From positions 32,001 through 96,000 of the IMG/VR virus record IMGVR_UViG_3300018916_000001: a DNA stretch of 64,000 bases, one strand, 5' to 3'. The position numbers and the translations under genes are program-made. The notes beneath the pieces were generated by a model. It was not told the DNA's origin. It made no database searches and worked only from the letters and a program-made list of their open reading frames with translations. Positions 48,701-55,591 of this stretch are shown here, piece by piece. The stretch's first letter is position 1. Each line of letters begins with the position of its first letter. The stretch is from a virus.

Positions 48701-49366
48701 ACTTCTCCTATATCTTCTGTTCTTAGTATTCCTGGTATTAGTAGAGGAAACGTTAACTCTAGAGAAAATAAGAATGACGATAAAGGTAAGAGAGATAATA
48801 AGGATAATGTCTTTACTTCTATCACTAACTTAAGTAAATCTATAGATAAAGCAGAAAAGTCTATTACTAAGAAGTTAGGATTAGATACTCAATCACTTAT
48901 CAAAACATCTAATATAAATAGTAAAACTCTTAATAAACTTATAGAAGTTAGTGTAAAGAGTATAAGTAAGAGTATAACTTCTGCTACTAATAGTATTACT
49001 GGTACAACTCTTAAAGATAGTAAAGTAGTAAAACCTCCTAAGCCAAAGAAAGGAGAAATTGTACCTGACTCACTTAGAACTATTAGAGAAGCTGTTACTA
49101 ACTTCAAATTATCTGTAGATAAATCTAACGTAGAGAAGAAAAAAGAAGCTGATATTAGATATAAAGAAGAACAGAAAGATAATGATAGATTACAAAAATC
49201 TATTGAACTTCTAATAGAGAAGATTGAGGAACATATAGAGAAAGGTGGAAATACTACTATTCACTCTCCTATTAATGTAACTGGTGGAGGAGATAAAAAT
49301 GTAGGTTTAGAATTTAATAAGCAGCTATATAATATATTGGATAAAACTCATAGGAGACAGAAATAA
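39704..49366 (+). CDS. Tape measure protein (3220 aa)
   Basis: Very long helical protein after the chaperones; hydrophobic stretches; FEQKLNEVN core; 89-aa repeats. Confidence 0.9.
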   Translation: MDTASNIKFNVEGDDKFSQFLEKTQKSFKELNEKSLRLFNTGLREGSRGLKDITKEIRTKSSVVEKLIADYGKATNSTNTWTASLGKLAKTATLLGGAMTALNIASIGGGIASIVGTGINGVIDSLTKVNTGIDVMAASGFDGTPLMNSFQEITAVLTGNQAAIDAFTSRSTAAFNSFEQKLNEVNIVFGLSKERLAEYGDALQNGLEKNLKNSVSSLTALNAAYQAASAGFTEFQQNQDVVNLAIKANKAAPGSDLFQIGGAIGKGAGILETKDIAELEEVTAKWLATEQQGLTTVGEMTEYISDMYSSLKNAGIGTKNLVNETQGLVVAFTKLGGKVTDISTEMQAFSRNTIGKTPEATKALEGLVDAQGKAITLNQEYFGKKGVVQGIVDFAEAVGYNTEKIKEVYNETNAFNFVMKVLAQNGNLAKKSIEDISKVTSENLTEAFDSATSSSQAKMEQITNAYDEIMISFGKVFQERSREGVKSIEWYKEALVTFKEPLVEIAGRMVTFFDNVGKFTGVLSSVAKMLTGIAGTIISYRAFDLIFKGLTDGFKDVKKEGSVIKELYTSNQGLFAIGKQLLGLDQQKLLSQNRINEAIKKSSELEQGLTNSIGKTNSERLTSIATVKNEIDAIVSRDESIIKGQQKVTKAEELLNKKVDSRNTVQSEVNSTQKGLANLKTLKADIDNTFKNNVENIERSKKLSEIAAQEALIKQGNIGKQERQQLKELNAEKLRLQNTYNTTTLDQLASLEKQKDILRNKAKKSDRDYAALDNIYKREDQLLDRERTKDRTPLTKEQRTELNNTRKDIATKIQQEELILLTQRQKLQEANNVVDKETQKLNQVRADQQEKLNRVTKATTELAVLQQDLNTKKTNLDKIDLAVTGQRDKLYSIQNNLRKEQATLDKIRNKDSAEYQQQLKKVVSLQEQEATQQTVFQKARTTQLTAQQAVNKAEIESKTKLRQLTREQGLAEGSLIELRTRSGSVALKNTAFNRDLVSSYNAFGTAIENAKKPVQTFNNAQTSLRNGLVDLRSNLGQVGVTAGRNFTTMAASAKASLAAIGTSAVIAGETIKAAFISTGIGLLISAVVGLGVKLFQVGQESAKLDRTYKDFNKTLEESATKFDRANISFDQGTQGLNKFNDRVEASKKLFGDIETTAFDEIGEGIKNATVNIVDFITTVTGLKLLDPIFKKVGEGFSAVWNSFSDAEFIKRSAKMTQISEFIQTYELALRGQNKELEKGNLLTETSNQKIKNRMILTGEDLEREKAANSTRIESFQSMTDIQKKELEELKSKGDKLTDRDKAQISILEAEISRREKVIEVSKKQFDEQLKYYEARNLLLDRENKFSNEQVSLEELKGLQDQVNNSQTTLNKNISEGLDIYSSSIKDSSVKSRQFLTDLKDGSLSVKASIKSLGGEIYKVGEDGKAVSKLPDTVLKSIQDAIKGNEVDGKKYSLEQVLNLKETRDALTTAGVEIPKDLKVLADKMKKGYEASEGELQLINLKELEKDLASFSTLSDKYQEKRRQFLSTTKDDIGATTFSTSLKKSLRLAETDLQNFNNALDASSKGANKFVTGATQKFTTQALEGTLDLTEGLKELGKVESEIEPKQLEKLKNSITGKNKDEILTALKEIGIVTEQTLTADAIDFNKFEAGIGAFVESLNAVAESGEQTSEEIAKKFESFYDQMKGKVTPAAYKDLTETLIGYEKAASEQRINNITLETNALEQQKKYGLVLEANYIKEINALNIQTTEENINNKQIELKRLLSLYKESAPQVIKAKAELESLELDLKAKKSNSPIEIAQAESKARFDILKKDLELGKVTRRQYIEEELKDSQLLYQTQLSEKQKTLLELMKDEVKNAKAIKALRKSMESDEKDFNLNVLEINRRRIEEQFKIQTNALSRRELEARENAINGTTKDELESVRKLETDKINLNIKTLESRLAVEKQGSEKFLEIEKQLLEAQLSLRETQVKQSKNRTNEEIERKRNELSTIAALEERNNIRGSNTKDLERTRQLKEKEIQLSIDSINSQIALTEKGSKERLALEQQLILEVNKLQKTQLDNQKERLEQSLEERRKKLEARQIDLEKTSIRGTTEQDIEATRKLKEEEITSTIESLKQRSSLYKEGSKERIALEQEIAKETLKLDKQVYENQKSRLQTQIDNKKKAFRDTQLQLEKLMVLGTSTEDSKKVRASKEEEIQITIESIKKEIKLTKEGSTQRKDLERSLREELLKLDKQRVANKRELIDEEISLEKTKITKIQSLLERSTIGGTFEKDLEKIRELKVKETQIVIQSIQKQLATYKLGSKERLSLEAQLTQEITKLQKIQFGNKEEKLKSQLEDAKNKLDKQIALKESSLIDGATERELKIVEEAKIKETQLTIDSIKKQINLYKVGSKERLALEANLQREINNLRKQTLDKEKNLIQNALEFKKTKIDITNIDLEKKLLRGDIDRESFEDKLTASSQKVNLLQQDAFTKQLKLYQKGSKEYLEILKNLSQLQVDYQKSVVDKAIRDIDRITKSQNNSIEAQKISITNQLSSSDSLTKELQEQIKLEDSRSSVIKATSDYQVGLLELTKRSTGDIEKRAKIDVQIAELKQKALLESQEIEINSIKNNTLINEAALEREKIQISLNRLELDRNKIQTEAELRKARLNKLDQASINALQLQLDSINNQYDALGRSENSIFTQIANQAEISRNQLEVIRQQQDLAQKNSVLDVEQAKQNVIIAGYEKQLSQLKAKGDLIQANANKEKVIGDLLTKAYDTQIALLNSRKELMDSTLSSIDSLYNIEQSMAKSDLTKDKLAKEQAKDKLSYLEFQQRVENESFNLEKAKNRIVRERQKVELTIAELNAKQALAMSKAEEARTKARKDATNEEKLAAKLAVEAAEQGIIAAKANRDINLELIKIEEQSEKNKEIINARNQRNQRLQAEQSLASLTSNTTDDREVRGKAQKYRELDERTISSTLKSTSNLNIENILKEFTNDMKNRKPIENSINKVNNTDTPKTSPISSVLSIPGISRGNVNSRENKNDDKGKRDNKDNVFTSITNLSKSIDKAEKSITKKLGLDTQSLIKTSNINSKTLNKLIEVSVKSISKSITSATNSITGTTLKDSKVVKPPKPKKGEIVPDSLRTIREAVTNFKLSVDKSNVEKKKEADIRYKEEQKDNDRLQKSIELLIEKIEEHIEKGGNTTIHSPINVTGGGDKNVGLEFNKQLYNILDKTHRRQK
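45420..47170 (+). repeat. About 6.5 tandem 89-aa (267-nt) repeats in the tape measure
   Basis: Recurring IxGT..D.E..R.LKE.EI...I.SI...(Y)KxGSKERLALE. Confidence 0.8.
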
Positions 49367-49368
49367 TT

Positions 49369-49971
49369 ATGGCAGTATTTCAAGATATAGATAATCCAGT
49401 AATTTTAGGACATCATGGTAGAGAAGATGATTTGACTAAATGTTTTCCTTTTCACCGTAAACTCTGCTTCTTAAATGAAAAAAACCTCTTAGCTAATACG
49501 GATATAGGGAAAGAAGTTTTATATCAAATAAATGGAAAATCTTATATTTGTTTATACGTAGAATCTAATGCTTATCAAGTAACTATTGAAGGGGAAGCTA
49601 CTAGAATGGCATCTACTGGTTCCGGTACTTATGTTAAATATTCTCTAATACGAAAGGGATTTACCGCTCAGTTCGATTATATAACTACTGACATCTTAGT
49701 ATCTCTAGATAAGATTGCTAAAGATGCTATACGAGAAAAGAAGTTTGTAGAAGTAATAGATTACGTAAGACCTGAGACAGAAGATTATGATAAGGGATAC
49801 ACAATTAGAAAAGGATTAATTTATCTTCCACTCGCTTACTCAGGACTTATGAGTGGTCAAAAAGAAGGAATTTATAATGGAAATAATATAACTAAACCTA
49901 CTACTCGACCAATTATTGCTCCAGAAGGATTCTCTTTAACATTTACTGAAAACTCGTACAGGATGGGGTAA
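49369..49971 (+). CDS. Putative distal tail protein
   Basis: Directly after the tape measure; C-terminal FSLTFTE. Confidence 0.55.
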   Translation: MAVFQDIDNPVILGHHGREDDLTKCFPFHRKLCFLNEKNLLANTDIGKEVLYQINGKSYICLYVESNAYQVTIEGEATRMASTGSGTYVKYSLIRKGFTAQFDYITTDILVSLDKIAKDAIREKKFVEVIDYVRPETEDYDKGYTIRKGLIYLPLAYSGLMSGQKEGIYNGNNITKPTTRPIIAPEGFSLTFTENSYRMG

Positions 49972-50263
49972 TAAGAACTACTTTAACAGGTGAAGCGTAC
50001 CAACCATATTCGTCGTCTATTAACCGGAATTTACTTTCGCAATTAGAGCAAGTAATAGTTTCTTGTCTATAAAAACCTCTATCTGGGTTACTAGGAGTAT
50101 ATTGATAGTTTAAATCTCTAAACTCCTCTAGTTCCGTATTTTTAGTTTTACACTCTGGACACTCTTCTAAATAATTAAATGTTACGGACTCACACCACTC
50201 ATTAGCACTATCATGGTTTAATTTAATATCTAAAACATTCTTTGCTACCCATTTATTACTCAT
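49943..50263 (-). CDS. Zinc-ribbon protein
   Basis: CPECK..CSNC. Confidence 0.6.
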   Translation of the reverse strand: MSNKWVAKNVLDIKLNHDSANEWCESVTFNYLEECPECKTKNTELEEFRDLNYQYTPSNPDRGFYRQETITCSNCESKFRLIDDEYGWYASPVKVVLITPSCTSFQ

Positions 50264-50466
50264 TTCTTTTTCTTACTTCTTTTTATTCGAGTGTTCTCAC
50301 AAGCATCTCTAAATATCTTTAATCCCTTAAGTAATTTAGGAAATACTTCTTCTGCTATCTCTTGATTTTCAAATATAATTTCACTAAACACAGCATCACA
50401 ATCTTCTATTAAATCGTCTTTCTCATCTCTACTTAGTTTTTTTGGGATGTCTTCGTTTTCTGTCAT
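50260..50466 (-). CDS. Hypothetical protein
   Basis: Antisense island. Confidence 0.55.
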   Translation of the reverse strand: MTENEDIPKKLSRDEKDDLIEDCDAVFSEIIFENQEIAEEVFPKLLKGLKIFRDACENTRIKRSKKKK

Positions 50467-50653
50467 TGTTAATTATTTCTATCTCGTTTTGTAACTTATC
50501 TACTTCTTCTAATATCTGTAAACTTCTTTCTATAGAAACTGGATAAGATATATTAGCAGAATCTAATACTTCATGATAAACTTCTTTTCCATATAAAGTC
50601 TGAGATATCTCATCTGGATTAGTATCTTCTTTCATACTTCTAGTCTCCTTCAT
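50429..50653 (-). CDS. Hypothetical protein
   Basis: Antisense island. Confidence 0.5.
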   Translation of the reverse strand: MKETRSMKEDTNPDEISQTLYGKEVYHEVLDSANISYPVSIERSLQILEEVDKLQNEIEIINNDRKRRHPKKTK

Positions 50654-50811
50654 ATATTACATATTCCTTATCTATACTTCTCTTTGTCTTATAGTAATTT
50701 AAGAGCTTTTGTAGTTCTTCTATAACTATATCCATTGCTTCAGGATATTCTATATAACAAAATAGTTCACTACATAAAGTCCAAGCTTTATATAACTTCT
50801 CACTTCTTTCT

Positions 50812-51045
50812 TTACTCATCTTCTAAAATATATTTACTAGGTTTTTTACGTCCTTTATATTGAGCTTTTACAGCTAAAGTAATAGAAGTTTTAGGAGGTA
50901 CAGAATTCCACTCTTCTACTTCCGATAACAAATGATCTACTCCAAATAGTTCAGCTAATCCTGAAGTTTTAAGAAATTTTTGTCTCTCACTATGAGTCAT
51001 TACTACTTTTGTTCCTGCTAAGCACTCATTAATTTCTTTATTCAT
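50812..51045 (-). CDS. Hypothetical protein
   Basis: Antisense island. Confidence 0.6.
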   Translation of the reverse strand: MNKEINECLAGTKVVMTHSERQKFLKTSGLAELFGVDHLLSEVEEWNSVPPKTSITLAVKAQYKGRKKPSKYILEDE

Positions 51046-51262
51046 GTTTTTTAAACTTCTGTGTATATAAAAGAGTTTTTTGTTTTCTCTCTTCTTTTTC
51101 TTCTAGAGATTCATTTTCTATGTGACAATATAAATCTTCTACTCTTTTTATATCTTTAAGAGCATGGAGAACATCTATTAGTGAGTCAGGACATTCTTTA
51201 GCTATTTCTTGTAGCAATAACTGACAATCAAATAGGATCTGATGTGGTAAATATTCATCCAT
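51038..51262 (-). CDS. Hypothetical protein
   Basis: First gene of the antisense island; GAGG upstream. Confidence 0.6.
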   Translation of the reverse strand: MDEYLPHQILFDCQLLLQEIAKECPDSLIDVLHALKDIKRVEDLYCHIENESLEEKEERKQKTLLYTQKFKKHE

Positions 51263-51310
51263 TTATTTTTCCTCTATACTATAAATACATACATTCATCA
51301 TATCTTATAT

Positions 51311-51667
51311 ATGTTTCAAATCATAAGTTCTAATACTATATCAAATAATACTTTAGAAATAGAACCTACAAAGATAAATGTTCCTTGCTTCTATCTTACT
51401 AATGGTACAATATCTAATAACTTTACACCAATGTTTACTCTTAATTCTGTAGATGAAGAAATACTAGACATAGATACTCTTAACTTCAATACTTCTTCTA
51501 TACCTTCTCTATATACAATGGTTGAAATAGATATAGATAGTCTTGAACCTCTAGAAGATATCTCTACTCTATATTTAAACGGTAGTAAGTATCAAAATCT
51601 CTTAGAGATAGATGAACTAATACTATATAATGAACCAGAAATTATAGAAGAAAGAGAAAGCACTTAA
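51311..51667 (+). CDS. Acidic hypothetical protein in the tail module
   Basis: 118-aa ORF. Confidence 0.55.
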   Translation: MFQIISSNTISNNTLEIEPTKINVPCFYLTNGTISNNFTPMFTLNSVDEEILDIDTLNFNTSSIPSLYTMVEIDIDSLEPLEDISTLYLNGSKYQNLLEIDELILYNEPEIIEEREST

Positions 51668-51713
51668 ATATTCAGTAATATTAAATAAGTATAATTAGTT
51701 TCTTTTCTTCCAT

Positions 51714-54398
51714 ATGAAATCTAAACTCCCCCTTAATAATATAGTTAATTTAAATAACGAGCTATCTCTAGAACAAATTAATAAACTTAGTAATAGTCCT
51801 GGTACATTTCTTTTTAATCCTATAACTAAGAAAGTTCTTTTATGTTGTAAGGTAAACACTAAGATTACTAATGATCCTCTACCGCTAAAAATATTAGGAG
51901 ATAAAGAGATATTTATTAGTAACCAGATTGAGCTACCACCTTTTATAGTAAAGCATAAGTTAGTTGGAGGGTTTACTCTTACAAGAAGTTTTGAGAATCA
52001 TCCTTCTATTGGATTTAATCTTATATGTGATAGAGAAGAAATTGATGATGTAAGAGCAAAGTTTAGAGATAGAGAACAGAAATATATCTTCTATAATATT
52101 CCTTTCCGTTTAGTTAATTATTCAGAAAATATAGCTCATAGGTCTATTAATCCATTAGGTAAATACGAAATTAATCTTTCTTTTGAAGGTTGGTACTCAA
52201 AGCTAATTAATACTCCACTATTCGTGAAAAAGAGAGGAGATAGCTTAGTTAATAGTAAAAACTTTGAAGCTCCAGAATGTAGAATAGATGGAAATAAAAA
52301 TACTAATACTGAATTAGCTAACTCTCTTACTAAACCAAATGAATTAGTTATTCCTTTAACTTCTTTTGCTAATAGATTAGGTTTTAATTATTTAGGATAT
52401 AACTTCTTGTGTAATTATCAGAAACCTATATCTCCTGATTTAACTACTACATTTGCTAGTGAGTTAGATAGTAGAAAGAGAACTAAAGGGTTATATACAC
52501 TATTCTCTTCAGATGAAGGTGTCAAAACTATTAAATGGGCTAGACCTGCAACTTATAAGATAAAAGAGAATAAAACAATTAGTGATCTTAGCTATTCTGA
52601 TAATTTAAGTGAGTTGGGTTATAAACCTAGTGAATTAACTTGGAATAAGACAGATGAAGAACCTTTAGATAATGCACAAGAAGATACATTTCAAAATACT
52701 ATTCCTTCTTGGTTACAACTCAATATAAGAGTTACTGAAACTATTAGTGACCCGGATAACGCAACTACCCCTCCAAATGATGAAGGTCTTATCCGTACAA
52801 TGGATCTTAATTATGATGCTTCTGGTAAAGTAAAAATTAAGACTTTTACTAAAAGGGAAGGTACAACCGTCATCTGGGAGAAAGTAGAAACTTGGGGATT
52901 TATGTACGTCTCCAAAGATATTGTAATAGATAGGAATGGAGAAAAAGTAATTGAAGCGTCTCCTAGTAATTATTGGGGATTAACCGAATCTCAAGAAACT
53001 ACTCATTTATATGATTCAACTACTGGTTACTATTTAGGAAATAAGATTAATGGATGGAAAATGTGTCGTTTCAAGCAAGAATCTTCAACTGAAACAGCTA
53101 AATTAGAAATAGAAAAAGCTGGATTAAGCGACCCATTATCTAAGTTATATGAGTCAGATGAAGTAGTTAGAGGAGAGAAAATATATGAATTAAATCAAAT
53201 AATGGATTGTTATAGATTTAGAACTGTTCCAATTATTGGTGGTACTCAATATATACTTAGACAATTTAGAGACTACTATCAAGACGCTAATGCTTCTACT
53301 CCTAACATTCCCTATCAAGTATGTACTTCCAACGGTCAACTAATAACTAAATATGTAAGAGATCCAACTTGGGTAGAACCAATGTTCATTGGAGAAGAAT
53401 ACACTTATTACTCTTGCTATACTCGCACTGAAGATCCTTCTAATCTAGCTTTAAGAAGAGAGTTTAGAGATTCTCCACCTGAAACTCCAACTGATAATCC
53501 TGTATATAACCCCCCATTATCTACGGGTAGAGAAACTGAAATATATAAGAAAGTATTAATACACAGAAGTAAATCTACTATACAAGAAGAAGGATTAGGA
53601 TTTACGTCTACCGGAAGCTCAGTTAAAGATAATTTTATTGGAGATGATAAGGAAGGTTTAGAAGATAGATATGAAACACATATTACTGAAAGATCAGCTC
53701 AAGATAGTAATTTCAGAAATGCTTCTACCATTATCCGAATAGAAGAAAGCTCGGGTAGACCAGGAGAACCAGGAAGAAAACAATTGCCTTTTGTACCTAA
53801 AACTGAAGAGAGTATAAGAGATAACTCTGACTTCTATTACCAAATGATAGAAACTAAAAGAGAAGATAAGATTAAACAACCTAAAGATAACTATAAATAT
53901 CTTTTAGTTACTCAAGGTTATAACGTTAATGACCCAATTCAAGGATCAGTTTCTTACAATACAAAGCACAAATCTGAAGCGTTTTTAGGTGCTTGTACTG
54001 ATTTAGAAATTGATGATATGAATAGTAATTGTTCTATCTCTTTCACTACTTTATTTAGACCAGAGATTATAGAAGGAAGCAAACTCAATTTTAGTTATTC
54101 TTGGGATTCTTGGAAAACTAGAGTGATTAGTAATAGTTCAACTGTAACAATAATAGGAAACGTAGAGTTTGATGATGGTTCAGTACGGATAGAAGTTACT
54201 GGTTCTACTACTCTTAGCTTAGGGATAGATAGTAGTTTAGGTAGCTTAACGTCTTTACAGAAAATCAAACTACCCAAAGAAACTGTCCCAACTACTAATA
54301 CTCAAAATCCTAGTGAGTCTAGCGTATTTAATATGTACACTAGAGGAAAAGAACTTGGAAAAATTACCTATGGCTTTGGAAGTAGATATAGTGGATAG
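51714..54398 (+). CDS. Tail tip / baseplate hub-like protein
   Basis: 894 aa, beta-rich; C-terminal SISFTTLFRPEIIEG..TTLSLG typical of hub proteins. Confidence 0.6.
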   Translation: MKSKLPLNNIVNLNNELSLEQINKLSNSPGTFLFNPITKKVLLCCKVNTKITNDPLPLKILGDKEIFISNQIELPPFIVKHKLVGGFTLTRSFENHPSIGFNLICDREEIDDVRAKFRDREQKYIFYNIPFRLVNYSENIAHRSINPLGKYEINLSFEGWYSKLINTPLFVKKRGDSLVNSKNFEAPECRIDGNKNTNTELANSLTKPNELVIPLTSFANRLGFNYLGYNFLCNYQKPISPDLTTTFASELDSRKRTKGLYTLFSSDEGVKTIKWARPATYKIKENKTISDLSYSDNLSELGYKPSELTWNKTDEEPLDNAQEDTFQNTIPSWLQLNIRVTETISDPDNATTPPNDEGLIRTMDLNYDASGKVKIKTFTKREGTTVIWEKVETWGFMYVSKDIVIDRNGEKVIEASPSNYWGLTESQETTHLYDSTTGYYLGNKINGWKMCRFKQESSTETAKLEIEKAGLSDPLSKLYESDEVVRGEKIYELNQIMDCYRFRTVPIIGGTQYILRQFRDYYQDANASTPNIPYQVCTSNGQLITKYVRDPTWVEPMFIGEEYTYYSCYTRTEDPSNLALRREFRDSPPETPTDNPVYNPPLSTGRETEIYKKVLIHRSKSTIQEEGLGFTSTGSSVKDNFIGDDKEGLEDRYETHITERSAQDSNFRNASTIIRIEESSGRPGEPGRKQLPFVPKTEESIRDNSDFYYQMIETKREDKIKQPKDNYKYLLVTQGYNVNDPIQGSVSYNTKHKSEAFLGACTDLEIDDMNSNCSISFTTLFRPEIIEGSKLNFSYSWDSWKTRVISNSSTVTIIGNVEFDDGSVRIEVTGSTTLSLGIDSSLGSLTSLQKIKLPKETVPTTNTQNPSESSVFNMYTRGKELGKITYGFGSRYSG

Positions 54399-54399
54399 A

Positions 54400-54798
54400 C
54401 TAAACTTCTACTATAATGCCATTACAATCATTAGCTTCATAAAACACTCTACCATATTGCTTCATTGCTTTACAAATATTTAATACAATTTCTTCTGCTA
54501 ATCCCCAATAGTTAACACTCCATATAATTTTAGAGTCACCATACTCACTATAATCAGAATCGCAACCAAAGTGGACACTTAGCATTCTAAACTCATCGTT
54601 GACTTTAAAACAGATATAAAAACACTTACTCCTAGGGACGTACTCTAATTCGGGAAGTTTACTTGTACTATCTCGAAAGATATGTTGATCTTTAGCATAT
54701 TTTCTAACTAACTCAGCTAGAGTATCTTCAATTGTAGTTAATACAGCAAAAACATCTTTATTCTCAGTTAATACAAATCCTGTTGTTGAAATCCCCAT
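54400..54798 (-). CDS. Hypothetical protein
   Basis: 132-aa ORF, GAGG upstream. Confidence 0.7.
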   Translation of the reverse strand: MGISTTGFVLTENKDVFAVLTTIEDTLAELVRKYAKDQHIFRDSTSKLPELEYVPRSKCFYICFKVNDEFRMLSVHFGCDSDYSEYGDSKIIWSVNYWGLAEEIVLNICKAMKQYGRVFYEANDCNGIIVEV

Positions 54799-54809
54799 CT
54801 ACTTAACCT

Positions 54810-55064
54810 CTACTCTACTATTAAAAACTCACTTAATCTCTCCTCATCTACAGACCATTTCATAGGAATAAGTTCAAAAGTTCTAGTTAAAGTATTTAAT
54901 TCTTTGATAGTCTCTTTTGCTTTTTCTTTAGTACGAAATATTATTGGTTTACCAGATTCCTTATCAGTATATTCTTGTAGTGTTTCATGTACAGGTTTCC
55001 CTTCATCAGTCCAGTCTTGATATTCAATAAAGTAAAAAGATAAGTACATAATAATTAATAGCAA
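54810..55064 (-). CDS. Small protein, dispersed member of paralog family B
   Basis: FYFIEY..DKESGKPIIFRTKEKAKE..TRTF. Confidence 0.65.
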   Translation of the reverse strand: MLLIIMYLSFYFIEYQDWTDEGKPVHETLQEYTDKESGKPIIFRTKEKAKETIKELNTLTRTFELIPMKWSVDEERLSEFLIVE

Positions 55065-55591
55065 AACATAGTAGAAACTTCATCACTCCACTTATTGATT
55101 AAATCAACTTTTTCATCCTTAGTATAAAGCACAAAACTATTTGCTAAGTGAAAATTATTAAACATCATTTCAAGATTACTGTAACTTTCAATCCATAGAT
55201 TAGTAATATATCCATTAGTTTTAGTAACTTTTCTAGGATTTGAATATATATCTAACATATAAGAGACTGACATCCAACCCCAGTCAGGATTACTTTCACT
55301 TACAAGACGATCTGTTTTAAAATCTAATCGAAATAGACTTTCACCAATCCAACTTTCAGTGTCCCAAATTGTTCTACCATCTTCTTTATCGTATAGAGAT
55401 ATTCCTTTATCTTTGAAACCATTACGAATTCTATCAGCTTCTAAATAGTTCTTATTTTTTCTGGCGTCTTTTCGCTGTTCAATAAGCGACTCGATCTCTT
55501 CTTTAGTTAAGATAGATTCAATTATCTTAGATTCATATCTAAATGGTAGAAGAAATCTAATCTTTTTATTGTCTCTAGTTAATTCAATCAT
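55055..55591 (-). CDS. Protein containing a cysteinyl-tRNA synthetase C-terminal (anticodon-binding) domain
   Basis: EEIESLIEQRKDARKNKNYLEADRIRNGFKDKGISLYDKEDGRTIW. Confidence 0.75.
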   Translation of the reverse strand: MIELTRDNKKIRFLLPFRYESKIIESILTKEEIESLIEQRKDARKNKNYLEADRIRNGFKDKGISLYDKEDGRTIWDTESWIGESLFRLDFKTDRLVSESNPDWGWMSVSYMLDIYSNPRKVTKTNGYITNLWIESYSNLEMMFNNFHLANSFVLYTKDEKVDLINKWSDEVSTMFCY

